A DNA stretch of 56,923 bases, from positions 1 to 56,923 of the forward strand of contig MQRK01254986.1 of assembly GCA_001938485.1 (NCBI GenBank). The letters are read 5' to 3'. The position numbers and the translations under genes are program-made. The notes beneath the pieces were generated by a model. It searched no databases. It saw only the letters and a program-made list of their open reading frames with translations, and was not told where the DNA came from. Positions 1-12,795 of this stretch are shown here, in pieces. The DNA is from Girardia tigrina. Taxonomy: Eukaryota. Position 1 is the stretch's first letter. Each line of letters opens with the position of its first letter.

Positions 1-225
1 CGTGGGACATCGCGGCCGTAACTAAGGTGATCGCGACCGTTGCCATGGTAACCGCGACCGTAACTAAGGTAATCGCGACCGTTGCTATGGTAATCGCGAC
101 CGTTGCCATGGTAACCGCGCGGCCAATCGGAAGCGTTGCCAAGGTGATCGCGACCGTTGCCATGGTAACCGCGACCGTTGCTATGGTAATCGCGACCGTT
201 GCCATGGTAACCACGGTAACTAAGG
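1..225. repeat. GC-rich 21-bp tandem minisatellite (unit about GCGACCGTTGCCATGGTAACC), cut by the window edge
   Basis: About 10 variant units at 21-bp period. Exact GTTGCCATGGTAAC at 39, 102, 156 and 198. Followed by a C7-G8 palindrome near 230-244. Confidence 0.9.
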
Positions 226-276
226 ACGACCCCCCCGGGGGGGGTAGTGGTCCAGAACGCCCATTTTTCCCCTACT

Positions 277-588
277 TGAAACCCTGCTTCATCCACCATA
301 TTCACCAGACCTCTCGCCAACGGACTTCTACTTTTTCAGGCATTTGTACAACTTCCTACGTGAAAAAATTTTCAAAAACCAAAATAATGCTCAAAATGCC
401 TTCCAAGAATCCGTCGCTTCAAGAACCGATGCATTTTATGCTGATGGAATAAAACAACTTGTTTCTCGTTGGCAAAAATGTATTGATGCCAACGGTTCAT
501 ACTTTGATTAATAAACTTTTGTTTCTGTGAAATTGCACGTCTTTGAAGTTTGTGTCCCAAAACCGCCATTATTTTTTGACCAACCTAA
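277..588 (+). mobile_element. mariner transposon, 3' fragment
   Basis: Translates HPPYSPDLSPTDFYFF...RWQKCIDANGSYFD*. Right TIR ends ...CAACCTAA followed by TA. Confidence 0.9.
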
Positions 589-834
589 TATAAATTTAAA
601 TTCGAAGTTAAAATTCAATTATTTGCATGAATTTCTAAATCATCTTCAATTTTGAAATGGCTTGAGTAACCTATCTAATGGTTATTCGAGGGCTTGACAA
701 CCTAAAATCAACATTATAGCTACATCCTAAAAAAAGTATACTCGAGGACTAAGAATCTACATAATATTGATAACGTCGTAAATAAAATTAAATTAAACAA
801 ACTAGAATAATATTTTTATATAAATTAAAATTAT

Positions 835-1600
835 TGGAAGTGGCGAAGAACCTTTTGGAGGTGGCGAAGGTCGACCGCAGAATGCATAGGGGCACCAGTT
901 CGATCGCCGCCTATTTCATCAAGGCTCTCTTCGTCCTGTACTGTTAACCGTAATTAGACTGTACATGAACAACGTGAGTGAGCATGCAGTAGACATATCA
1001 ACCCCTTCAGACACTGAGACTACAGGTCGGGCAATACCCGTCAATGGTTTGAACCTGCAGGCGCTCCGAGCGCATACAGCTTGCTGATGTGCGTGGAGGA
1101 GGCGCGTCCGTTCCCCTGAACACTAATGAAACAATATTTAAAGGATCGAAGTCGGTTTGAGTTACCCTTGACCTCAAATAACGGATGGGCGCTCGAGTTT
1201 GCAAAAATGTTGTAAAGAGAGGGGAACGCGACAATTGGGATAGTGGCTTCGAGGATTGCCTTGTGCATTGGCGGTAGCGATTGTATAAAAATCGTCTAAG
1301 GATCAAATTGTCGTTGTCTTTAGTGATACCAGGAATCGGAATGCCGGTTAAGTTGATTGTAAGATAGCTTTGTATTGATGTCTGATTAACCAATCAGATT
1401 GAACGATGATGCAAGGAAACTTGGAATCAAGCTGAGCAGTACTTCGATGAAGTTCGCTAAGTCAAATCATTCAATAAAGCCGTATGTAGGTACAATCGGC
1501 GTCCCAGCCCCTCTGCGACTTAGTATTTTAAAAAATGCGAGAATCTCATTAATAGACAAATCTTTACCTCTAAGGGAAAATTAGTTAACATTTGCAGCTG
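835..1600 (-). other. GC-richer island, possibly a decayed retroelement ORF1/gag-like remnant
   Basis: Sharp rise in GC and broken minus-strand frames with scattered Cys/His. No diagnostic motif recognised. Confidence 0.25.
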
Positions 1601-2053
1601 AGTAGATAGAGTAAGATTGTTGATCACTACAAATATTACAAAGATAGAACCTCATCTAATTCATAAGATAAGTTTTCTATATTTCAGAAGAATCGGGATT
1701 CACATTATGAAATGTTATTTTTTTAATATTCAAAATGGGAAAAGTAAATTATCTTTTCTTTTCTGCATATAAGAAACAATAATCGATTCTAAGTAACATA
1801 AACAAAGATAAAAAAATAGCAAAAATAATTCATCTGAGATTATTTATGGCCTAATAAAATTGCTTATTTATTGTTAATTTCTGGCATAAAATTAAAGTTT
1901 CTAAAAGTTAGAGATAAATTTTCTAAATTAATTTTTTATTTGCACCTGAATACCAATTATAAAAAATTGCTATTTTGCGCCAGAAAATTGAATCTACTTT
2001 TTAATAACACCTGTAAGGATTTTGGAATAATGAAAAGGATGATTTGAAAGTTA

Positions 2054-3384
2054 TAGGGCTTTTCATTTGAAATGCGACACTTTTGCATTTGAAATGCGAC
2101 ATTATAAAAATTATAAAACTTTTTCTTTAATTAAAATATGCCATTTTTAATAGATTTACATAAAATCAGTGTGTTTATAAATTTTTTAAAATTTAAAACT
2201 CCATTTTTCAATATTTTAGATTTACTCATAACTGGAAAAACAAACCTGATAAATTATATTCGTGAACGAATAATCTCAGTGTTTGAAGGTGGTATGCATG
2301 CAGCAGCCATTGCCACTAAATTTAACGTCCACAAAGCAATTGTGTACTGTATTCTAAAAAGATATACTGATACTGGGCAGGTCTGAGCTAAAATTAAAGG
2401 TGGCAATAATTTCACGCGCCTAACACCTGATGTAAGTGAATTAGTCCTAAGGTTGATTGAAGAAGATTACTCAATATCATTGAGCAGTATAAAAAGAAAT
2501 GCCAAAGACAAATTTGATATTGACTCCTCAATTTTGACAATCCATCGGCAGTTACAGTGAAACGAATCGGCAGTTACATGCTTAAAAGGTGAAGCAAACT
2601 ACTCTATTGCCTCTTGCTCGTACCTCATAGGACCAGATAGAGCGAAGATTTCAGTATGTATTTAACTGGCGGCTTTGATTGCAAAAAGCGATGGAAGAAA
2701 TATTCTTTTTCTTGATGAAGCTTGATTCAGCATTAATTTAGAAAAAGATATGGTCGGACTCTCAAGGGTCAATCTTCTATTCAAAGTGTTCAAGCAATTA
2801 GGAGCAAAAAATATCAGTGTTTGCTGTGCTATAACCAAACAATCTGTTTTTTATGATAAAAAACAAGAATGGGACTATAATACTGTTACATTTTTAACGT
2901 TTCTGGAGGAATGAATTTTAAAATTAAGAGAAACTAATAGTGAAAGAATGATTTTTATAATGGACAATTTTCCATTTCATAAATCATTGTCGGTTATTGG
3001 AACAATTGAGTCTGTAGAACATAAAATCTGTTATCTTCATCCTTCATCACCATTTCTAAACCCCATTGAAAATATTTTTTCAAAGGTTAAGCAATATGTG
3101 AGATCAATAAGGCCTAACAGCAATCAACATCTATTGGAACTAATTGATTTGGCTTTTAACTCGGTTATGTCTGGAGAATGCGAAAATTATTATTGACATA
3201 TTTTGAGCTTCATACAAAAGTGCATTAATCAAGAAAATATCGAATATGAAAATTAAAATAGTCAGAATCAAATGGTTTTTTGATTTGTTAATTGTAATTT
3301 TAAGACAAATAGTATATATTATACTTTTTTGTTTATTTTGCATTTCAAATGAAAATGTATCGCATTTCAACTGAAAAAACACTG
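2054..3384 (+). mobile_element. IS630/Tc1-type DD34E transposon (Gambol-like), degenerate
   Basis: HTH fragment RERIISVF...KRYTDTGQV, then ILFLDEA, then MDNFPFH-(34 aa D-to-E spacing)-SPFLNPIE. TIRs are built from CATTTGAAATGCGA repeats at both ends. Confidence 0.85.
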
Positions 3385-5397
3385 CAAGTCTGACACAAAG
3401 TGATTCTTAATTAATTACAAAAAAGAAAACCATTAAAAAGAATTATATATATAAAGATATACTCTCTTAATGGGCAGCCAATAATAAATATATTTATATA
3501 TAAAGGCAGAAAGTAATAAAATTATCAGCGATTGTGGTGTAACCCGAGAAGAATTAATTAAGTGATTTTATCACTTATTTTATTAGTTTAACGATATCAA
3601 AATTTTCGTCTATTAAACGTTTTGTGAACTCGAACAATTGTTATTAATTTTACGATTGAATGTTTTCTGTGAATTGGAATATTAAAGGTTTTTGTTACGA
3701 ATAATTGTCTGAATTTTTACGATTAAAGGTTTTGTAAACTAGACAATTAACGTTTTGTTTTTGTTTCGAACATTTTTCTAATGTTTGCGATTAGGTGGTT
3801 TAGTTTTATTTTTGAATCGAAAAACATTTGTTTCAATATTGACAAATGGAGATCGAACTTATTTGTGAATATACTTAAGTATTTTCAAATTCTAAAATTT
3901 GACCCTTTCGGTAAAATTATATGACTATTTTGAACGAATTCAATGAAATAATATTGTATCAATGGGCCCAGCACACCAATAACGAGCTGCCATATGATTC
4001 AAAGAGCGCCTCTGCTATCACCGTCCGGTCTTCGGGCCAACCCGAGGATCGACCAGAACAATCAGTAAGAAAATATCTGAAGGTCAAATTTAAAATTTCA
4101 TGGGTAACTTTTCGAATGTAAATAATTAAAAGACTCAAAATCCATCACTTTGTTGTCAAAATTGTGGGAGCAGAGAACGTTATCAGCTTCAGGAGATTTC
4201 TACTAATTACCAAAGAGTTTGCAGGAGAGCAGTATACACTTTTTGACCGGAAAGAAGGTTCTGAATAAAGAACAAGCTTTGCAGAAGAGAATGTCATAAT
4301 TGTGTGTGAAATCATTGAAGAAAAATTTCACATCAGTTATTCAGCCATTCCAAGAGTCACAAGAATTTTAAAAAACTAGTGTTCGCCTCATATTTAATAC
4401 AAGTACTTAGAAAAATGTCACTTTGCAACAGATCCAGTTTTTTTCACGAAATTTTTCTCTCCTGATAATTAAATTTATATTTATTCGAAAATTAGAAGGA
4501 AGAACTGTCCTCACAATAGCTTTGCGGTATTGTGAAGAGACCATATATCTGTGGTGTTTCTTTATCATTACTTTCGATGTTTTTCATTCATAATAATACA
4601 AGAATGACATGAAAATGAAATTTAATTTTTACTTTCGCTTCTCTTGTGAATTTATTATTATGATGAAGACCATTCAAGAATGTTATAATAGTTCTTTTAG
4701 GGATTGGTTTCTGAAAACCAAAAATATGCCGTCTTGATTTCAATTTTACAACGCATATTTTTCCCCAAGGTTTACATTGATTTTATCCTTTTGATGTCGA
4801 CTTTGGTACTCATTGGGAAAATTATTGCGACTCCATCTTAATAAATGTTTCATTCATCATTAAAAAATATGTGGTACATTTTACAGAAGATTTAGGAAGA
4901 TTCTTCATTGCGTCTTTGTTCCTAACTTACTATTTTTTCTGTACGAGTGTTAGGACTTAGGGTACACACCAAATATTTATCTCATGATAAATTATTTATA
5001 TATTGTACCAAATTTTAAATCTTGTTATTGTATTTTACAATATTAAAATGTTTGTAAAAAAAGATGGAAAATGAATATTTGAATACGTGTTAGCCAGAGG
5101 AAGATTTCATACTAAGTAAATGATGTACTACTTCAAATAATGGAAATTGTATAAATATAAAATGTAATATTAGATATTTTACTCCCACGAGAAAAATTTT
5201 TAAGCAACTAAAAGACAAGTTTTTGTAAAATAGTTTCTTAATTGGATTTATTTTCTTTATTTGTGAATTTACTTCCTTAATTTAATAAAAAAATGAACTT
5301 TAGATTATTTTATTATACATATTGTGAAAATAATAAGTTTTTAGAAACTTTTAATTTGATAAATTTCTTAAAAACTGGTCACCTTTTAATAAAATTT

Positions 5398-5437
5398 ATA
5401 ATAATAATAATAAGAATAATAATAAGAATAAGAATAA

Positions 5438-5482
<45 letters not shown>
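5398..5482. repeat. (ATA)n / (ATAAGA)n microsatellite
   Basis: Directly visible. It produces the poly-I and poly-Y pseudo-ORFs. Confidence 0.95.
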
Positions 5483-5487
<5 letters not shown>

Positions 5488-6792
5488 ACATTGAAATATA
5501 TAATCGTCAAAAGAAAATCGTTTTATATCCTCTCTTTTCTTTGTTATTTCACTGTAAAAACTGAATTGTTGAAACATTAAAAAAACTTCAAAATGTTTAA
5601 TTATTTGCAGATGTTGACTTGAGCAAACATTATTTACCAATAACATTTACATTTCACTGAAAAGTTTCGGTTTTTCGAATGAATACGAATTGTTTTTTGA
5701 ATTTTTTTTATAAAATATGTTCACTTTTGTTTTGAAACTGAAACGAAATGAAATTTTAGACATTCGATTTCTTTAAAACGCCTATCAGAGTTTTCATAAA
5801 TATAAGTATAAAATAAAAATATTTTTTTAAATTAATAGACAATATAAAATAACAAAGGGGAAGGGTCACACAAGTACAAAGTCTTCAAAAAATATAATTG
5901 TGTTAATATTATTCAGTCTTGTTTAATACATAATCAATTTATAAATAATTGAGTTAAATTTTATTTATATTTATAATTCATTGATATTGTTGGGGTATCG
6001 GAACGATCTTTATAAAACAGAAATCAAAAGAATAAGATTTATATTGTTTTTAAATATTTATTTATTATGCATAAATGTACAATGATTAAATCAAAGTGGA
6101 AATATTTAAAAAGGAACTTAAACCTATTAAATGATTTTGGATTTTGGGTAATTGAGGAAACGATATTTCGCTTGCCTCAGAATAGATTTTAGAAATATAT
6201 AAAAATATATTAAACGAGATATATAGGTTATATGTATTCGTACTTTATTAACTGATGATTGACGATTTCACTGTCCGAATAATTTAAGCTCGACTAGTTG
6301 TTACGAATCAATCACGAGCTCTTATAACTCTCTTGAATTTATTTATTTATCTCCGCGAGAGATTTTTGACCTTTCAAATTCTTAAAATTCTTCTTTCTCA
6401 ATATATAATTAATAATTTCTTGAGTTTCTTGATTAGGTTCGTCTTGACCCTTTTTGAAAATTCTTGTGTCTCCTTCCTTTAAAAATCTTTACAATTTACC
6501 CCATTTACGTTCACCTTCGATCAGTTAAATTGAAAACCGTTATTCTGAAAACCTTTTAACACTAAATATTATCTTCTATTTCATTTTGTTCGATTATTAT
6601 TTTTATTTTTAAATTTTTGCATTTTTTTTCAAAATAACCACTTTTTTACAATTTTAGACAATAATAAAATTTTGTTTTGAAAATGTAAAAACTCTTTTTA
6701 TTACTTATTAATATTTACAAAGTACGAATTTGAACTCTGTATTTTTTTATTATTTTTTATTCTTTTTATTTTTGATTCACTTTTTTATTCAC

Positions 6793-7075
6793 TTGATCTC
6801 TGGCCTACTGATTATTACTTTTTCAAACATCTTGAAATTTTCCTCCAGGAGAAATACTTCAAAAATCAAGGGGATGCTAAAACTGACTTCAACGATTTCA
6901 TCGCCTCCAGAAAGTCAGAATTTTATGCAACCGGAATAAATAAACTTGTGCAACATTGGCAAAAGTGTATTGATGCTAACGGTTTTTATTTTGATTAATA
7001 ATGTTTATTCTATGCTGAGATATTTGTTTTTAAAGATTAAGGTTAAAAGACGACATTATTTTTTAAACGACCTAA
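6793..7075 (+). mobile_element. mariner 3' fragment, same family as 18626-19905
   Basis: PTDYYFFKHL...WQKCIDANGFYFD*. TIR ...TAAACGACCTAA then TA. Nearly identical to the reverse complement of 18626-18900. Confidence 0.9.
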
Positions 7076-7989
7076 TACATATATGTGTATATGTATATAT
7101 TGGGTTACTAATATTTTATTGAAAAATTCTTTTCAAACATATTTATTATAATCAATTAAAATAAAAAATAAATTATTTAAAAGCAATTTTAGTTTCATCC
7201 CTCAAGAATTTACTATAGGGAATGTTCAGCAGAGCCTCTATGTAATATGATTGAATTAAAAAGCGATTTTATAATTTTCTATAGAAAGACACTACTTTTA
7301 CACTTGAGATATTTAACACTCTTTGTCATTTACTCAAAGAGAAAAGTAATAAAATTAGATTATTTGAATGATTTTTTTAAAAAAAAGTAATAAACAAATG
7401 TTCAATAGGCAAAATATAAATAAATAAATCAATAACCGGGAGCAGTGAAATAAATTATTTTTCTATCAATAGAGAAGTGCTTGCTGAAAATATTTTTTGA
7501 GATTCATTGAAATTATATTATGTAAATTAACAAAAGTTTGATTAGAAATTGCATATTTGTATATCGATTCAGCAAATTTGTCATTGAAAAATAAATTTAA
7601 ATTCCAAATAATAGAAAGAAAAGATAATTATATTATTATTTGTGGAGTTTAATAAAACAGAGACATAAAAAGAGATGCGAATAAATAATTTTCTTGTTAA
7701 AAGAATGTTAATAAGCAATCAAAATAAAACAATGCTATTAATATATTAAGGGTACCTTTAAGTAATGTCGTAATTCTGGATCAAACAGAAACATAATTTA
7801 ATCTTATTCTTTTTTTAAATTTTGTTAATTAAAAATATATTGATATTTAAGAAATCTATTGGCAGTTATTATCATTTATTATAAACTTTCTTGTGAAACT
7901 TTTGCATAATAATATGTATCTGGAGAAATAAATAGAAAAAATATTAAATTGATGCTAGATAGAATCCATGCTAACAAAACCCAAAAAGA

Positions 7990-9179
7990 GAATGAAGCCG
8001 AATCTGTTAACATTATAAACATTCCTTATTCAGAAGGTTTTAGAAGATTTAAGAATAACATTTATAAACTTTCGATAATGTTACGACACTGTTCGGGACA
8101 TCCAAAGTAAGAAATTACCTTAGTGAAATCTAAACTGTCAATTTAATGAAATATAATCTTGGGTACAAGTTTTATTATCACGAGTGTAAAAATTCATACA
8201 TTGGTTTGTGGATCCGTGTAACCCTCCTCCCCATGCCAGATTATGGGAAACTAGATGGGTTAAAGTCCGTCTCTAGACGAATGTGGTAACGAAACTAACA
8301 GGGTTACCAATCCTGTCTGTGCAAGTGTAAAACGCTTTCAAGACCCAAACAAAGGGTCTGTAAGGACCCCAAATCATTGAGCTCCCAATCGGTTCCAGTG
8401 AGACAGAGACCAAAGACGGAGGATTGAACGTGGAGACCAGGAAGGTGTGAGAACAAAACGACGAGTGGGAGGAGCTTGCTCACTTAAAATTTTTGAAATA
8501 ACTAATTTTTATAAATAACTTTTAAAAAAAGAAAATATCTAAAATCAAAAGTTTTTGGAAAGAATTATAATTAAAAATAGCTCTAATTTGACAAGATAGC
8601 TCTTGTCAATTTGACAAAAATAGCTCTAATTTTTCAATACTGATCTATATTTTTTTCTGTGTGTGATCACGTTCGTTTATCTTTTTTTTCTTTGTTCCAT
8701 AGTTATCCGAGTTAGTTATATCAATATTTGAATATTCATAAAAGCACAAATAAAAATTTTTAATACAAACAAATTCAAACCGATTTTATTTTTCTTTTGT
8801 TAATTAATTCGATCATCTAATAAATAATCTTTAATTTTCAACACTGAAAAAAATTATGCTATGAAAACTCAATATTATAAATAATGTTTAATCTGATTTT
8901 AATTTAATCTTGTTTATTCTAAAATTTTATTTAAACGATATTAAAAACATGTACTCCGCACAAGGGTAGCCGAACATTCTCATCAGAGCAGGAAAAGTTC
9001 AATTCTGGAACATCTGACGAGATCAGGAAAGTGTCAATTGGGAAAGTGAATTTAAAATATCGAACTCAAATTTGGATACTTGTAGTGAAAGGATCATCAC
9101 AGAAGCACTCCTCATAAAGCATTTCATACCATGCTTGAATGTGCAGAGGGAAACATCCAATCACATCAATATATTTTAA
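7990..9179 (+). mobile_element. Penelope-like element GIY-YIG endonuclease remnant, split by an insertion at about 8205-8945
   Basis: INIPYSEGF...ECKNSYIG, then after the insert LRTRVAEH...ERIITEALLIKHFIPCLNVQ...IF*. Parallels the ORF at 9819-10316. Confidence 0.8.
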
Positions 9180-9449
9180 TTGACATCAATAAATTAATCT
9201 ACGAGTTATGTAATATATATTACACAACAACGATTCAAGTATAAAAGATTACTTTGCAAACCTCAAATAAAACATTTATTTTTAAATCATTAATAACATT
9301 TTAATTTGAAATCATTCAAATCAATTTAATTTTAAAAATTATTTAAAAGCTCAAAATTATTATTTTATTACAATTAATTGACGAAAATCGATTTCAAAAT
9401 TATAATAAAAAATCTTATGCAAAATTTTTAAAATTTGATCAGCAAAACT

Positions 9450-9650
9450 TATGAGGAATATTTTGAATGTTTGTTGTTTTGTGTTTGAATGTGTATGTTG
9501 ATTTGGAATTGTGTCTTTCCTACCCAAATGGATGATTATTATTTTATTTCTTATTATTTAAAAATATGTAATATTTAAATTTATTTCTTATTTAAAATAA
9601 TTGTAAAATTTTAAATAAGTTAATTAGTTTTTACAATTTTAATAAATAAA
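9450..9650 (+). mobile_element. solo-LTR-like family copy A (5' part only, truncated)
   Basis: Starts TATGAGGAATATTTTGAATG, then a GT-rich tract and the core TTCCTACCCAAATGG. No 3' end or TSD found. Confidence 0.65.
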
Positions 9651-9704
9651 TCAAACTAATATTTTTTTTTAAAAACAACACTCCTCCATTAAAAAATATA
9701 TTTT

Positions 9705-9747
9705 ACGACAATATATTTCGACGGATCTACCGTTATCTTCAGGTCAC
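9705..9747 (-). ncRNA. minimal type I hammerhead ribozyme of a Penelope-like element
   Basis: Minus strand reads GUGAC CUGAAGA U AACGG UAGAU CCGUC GAA A UAUA U U GUCGU. It has stem I GUGAC/GUCGU, the CUGANGA core, stem II ACGG/CCGU, GAAA, a palindromic UAUA stem III loop and a UH site. It lies about 70 nt 3' of the GIY-YIG stop. Confidence 0.75.
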
Positions 9748-9818
9748 TGATTAAAAATCAATTCACCTGTATATAAATACAAAAATGATGATTATGTAAT
9801 CGATTGCATAAGATCATG

Positions 9819-10490
9819 CTAATCAAAAATTCTCAATAAGCTGGTTGAGACTGCCGATTGAACATTGATTTTAGGGCAACTTGACCTAATTAACAATGCT
9901 TCACACGACACTCTCTCCCAATAACTATCAAAATACTTACACATAATTTTGAAATTATCAAAATTAACATCACATTTACATTTTTTCCTATGTTTTGCAA
10001 TATTACTCTTACTCTCTTTTCGACCATGTTCTTGAATCCGTTTACAGAGATGACGGGTAGTCTCTCCAATGTATGTGTTATTGTACCCATTACATTTATA
10101 TTCATAAACAATATCAGAACAAAGTGTTAAAGGTGTAATAGATTTATTACTGAATATATTTTGAATTTTATGAGATCGTGATATAATTTTTAAATTTAAT
10201 TCATTGTTAGTTGCTTTTAGCAATGCATTTTTAAAGTTTTTAAATCCTTCAGAATAAAAAATATTTAGGCATATTATTAATATAAAATGATCCTTTGATT
10301 TCTTTCTTAGATCCATCAGAAGAAGCCAAACTCTGATTTTTCGAAAAATCTTTCAAAAGTATTTAATCTACTGTTTCCTTTAATAATTTTTCTAGAAAAG
10401 ATTTAAAATAACCATTCTGATTTAACAAAGAACTTAGTTTATTAACACTTTCTACAGATTTAACAAAGTGGATGACAACGACCATCAGCG
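9819..10490 (-). mobile_element. Penelope-like element: RT C-terminus plus GIY-YIG endonuclease
   Basis: IVYEYKC...TYIGETTRHLCKRIQEH...EALLIRSSCPKINVQ. Confidence 0.9.
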
Positions 10491-10569
10491 ATAAATTAAA
10501 CCTTTAATCCTGTTTCTTTTATACTTAAGTTCACAAAAATTGTCCGGTTAAATATAGAAACCTGTATCA

Positions 10570-10945
10570 AATCATTTGATGTTCATCAAATGTTCATTTT
10601 CTTTTTAATAATGAGTGGTATAAGCAAACTGATGGGGTTGCTATGGGTTCACCATTAGCACCAACGTTAGCTTCTGTTTTTCTTTCAAAGATTGAAAATA
10701 AAATTAAATTGTTTGATGGAAATAAACATTTAGTATATAAATGATACGTTAATGATATATTTCTAGTTTTTAAAATCCTGGCTGACGTATTTCCATTTTT
10801 AAATTTTATGAATTCGTTACATTCAAATGTTACTTTTACAGTTGAAAATGAAAGGAATGGAGTCTTACCTTTTCTGGATCTTTTGGTTGAAAGAAAATCT
10901 CTTGGTTACGAGACTGGAATTTATAGGAAGCAAATAAATTCCAGT
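10570..10945 (+). mobile_element. Penelope-like reverse transcriptase fragment
   Basis: [31 protein letters not shown] (degenerate YVDD), FTVENERNGVLPFLDLLV, GIYRK. Confidence 0.9.
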
Positions 10946-12421
10946 CTCATAACTAAGAGATCTTATTATTCACTTATAAAAATGTTTTGCGATATTGACC
11001 CCGACATTTTTTTCAATAATGATGATTTAAAAATAAAAATTGACAATAATTAACAATAAAATTTTTTTTTAATTATTTGAATTTTTTGGTTAAATAAATT
11101 TTATTTAATAAAATATTATTTAAATAATAGAAAACAGATTAGAAAATTGATTAGAAAAAGAACTTGAAAATTTATTTGAATTTATTTTATAAGAATGTCA
11201 CATAGTGGCTTATCTTAATTATTATTATTAATATTATTAAAGAATTCAAATATTGATGTACCGAATATACTATCCATAGTAAATGGGTATAATAATTAAA
11301 ATAATTATTATAAATCGTTCACAAAATTTAAGCCAAGACTTAATCATTGTTTGAATGTCTCTATGGACATATTTTATTCCTCAACTATTTATAATTACTA
11401 TTTTCTTATTTAGATTATGTATTTAAAATTGTTTTCTGTCATTAAATAATACTTCATTTATTTTACGATAATTAATTCTGATATGAAATTTTAATATCAA
11501 GGGTATTTTTATAAAAAGAAGATCACCAGACAATAAACCATATGTCTTGCTAAGTGGTGAAATATTTATTTCACGTTTTTACAAAACTAATTTTTGTTTT
11601 TCAGAAATAATAAAAATTTGAGTTTGTAAAAGTATATTATGTTAATTAAATGTGAATTTATATTTTTTTGGAAAGGCTATTATTCCAGTACTAATCATAA
11701 TAATTTTAGTCATAATTTATAAAAAACTCATACGTTATATCGGAGTCATCGATGAACACATTTAGTATATTATATATTTCTTACATTCAATTTTCCTTAA
11801 CTCTTTTTATACGTCTGGGAATATGTTGGAAAAGTATAAAATCCTAATAACATGATCCTTTTTTCATGTGATATCGAAAATGCACTGGAGATCAAATAAG
11901 GAATTTTATTAATCTTATAAATCTAATTTTTTTATTATTCATTTAATTACATTCAAGCTATAATTCATAACTTTTTTCGTGTCTTCGTTTATTATCATTA
12001 CTAAACTCTTCTTTTGAATTCTTTTCTTTTTTATCACTGGTGGTGTTGCGACCTCTCAGTTACCTGGTTGACCTCGGTTTAATTATCAATATTATTTATA
12101 GTTGTTATAAATAAATTAATTTATTCCTATCTATAATTCGATTCTCACTTAAAAGTCAGATCTTAGAAAATTATTTAGAAAATTCAAAATTTCTTCAAAT
12201 TTATCGTCCTGTTTTTTACTTTCAATTCCCAATTTCTCGTAAAGTCTCTTTTTTAATCAGAAATAACTGATAAATGAAAAATTATTTGTAAAAATGTCTG
12301 GATTTATTTTTTTTATTTTTATTGGTATTGTAAATATTGATGTTTGTTAAGAAATAATTAAATTAAAATTAAATACAAAATAACACTTAAAAAGAAAAAA
12401 TATATAAATAACAAAAAAATT

Positions 12422-12623
12422 AGGGAAAATCATCAAAATAGAACATCTTTTTTAAAATCATCAAAACAGAACATTTTTTTAAATGCTCGAATAATTTACT
12501 CGAAATGTCCTTTTTTAATAACACATTTGACCAATTTGTTAGGGTTAGGGTTAGGTTTGCGGTTAGAGTTAGTTTTAGGGTTTGTTGAGTTTAAAAAAAA
12601 TGTTCTATTTTGCTGATTGCCCC
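12422..12623. mobile_element. MITE with about 23-bp TIRs and internal TTAGGG-like repeats (MULE-like)
   Basis: Left end GGGAAAATCATCAAAATAGAACA, right end TGTTCTATTTTGCTGATTGCCCC. Internal TTAGGGTTAGGGTTAGG near 12539-12556. Confidence 0.6.
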
Positions 12624-12795
12624 AAAATTTAATAGAAAAAATGAAATAATGTTAAAAACGAATTTTTTTAAAAATTAATTATTTTGTTAAAATAAAATTT
12701 GATTAAAAAATTGACCTTGGAATTAGTTTGAATCATTCAAAATAAATCAAAAAGGTAAATTTTCGATAATTTAAAATCGAAATTTTGTACACGAC

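Noticed and set aside
1-225. CRISPR-like array
   Set aside because: The units are contiguous with no unique spacers, the context is eukaryotic and there are no cas genes.
27-452. 141-aa ORF with MVIATVA repeats
   Set aside because: It is the translation of the 21-bp minisatellite joined to an off-frame mariner fragment.
1495-1520. GTCCCAGCCCCTC resemblance to the HDV ribozyme
   Set aside because: None of the pairing partners are present.
5293-5646. poly-Ile and poly-Tyr ORFs
   Set aside because: Artefacts of the (ATA)n microsatellite.
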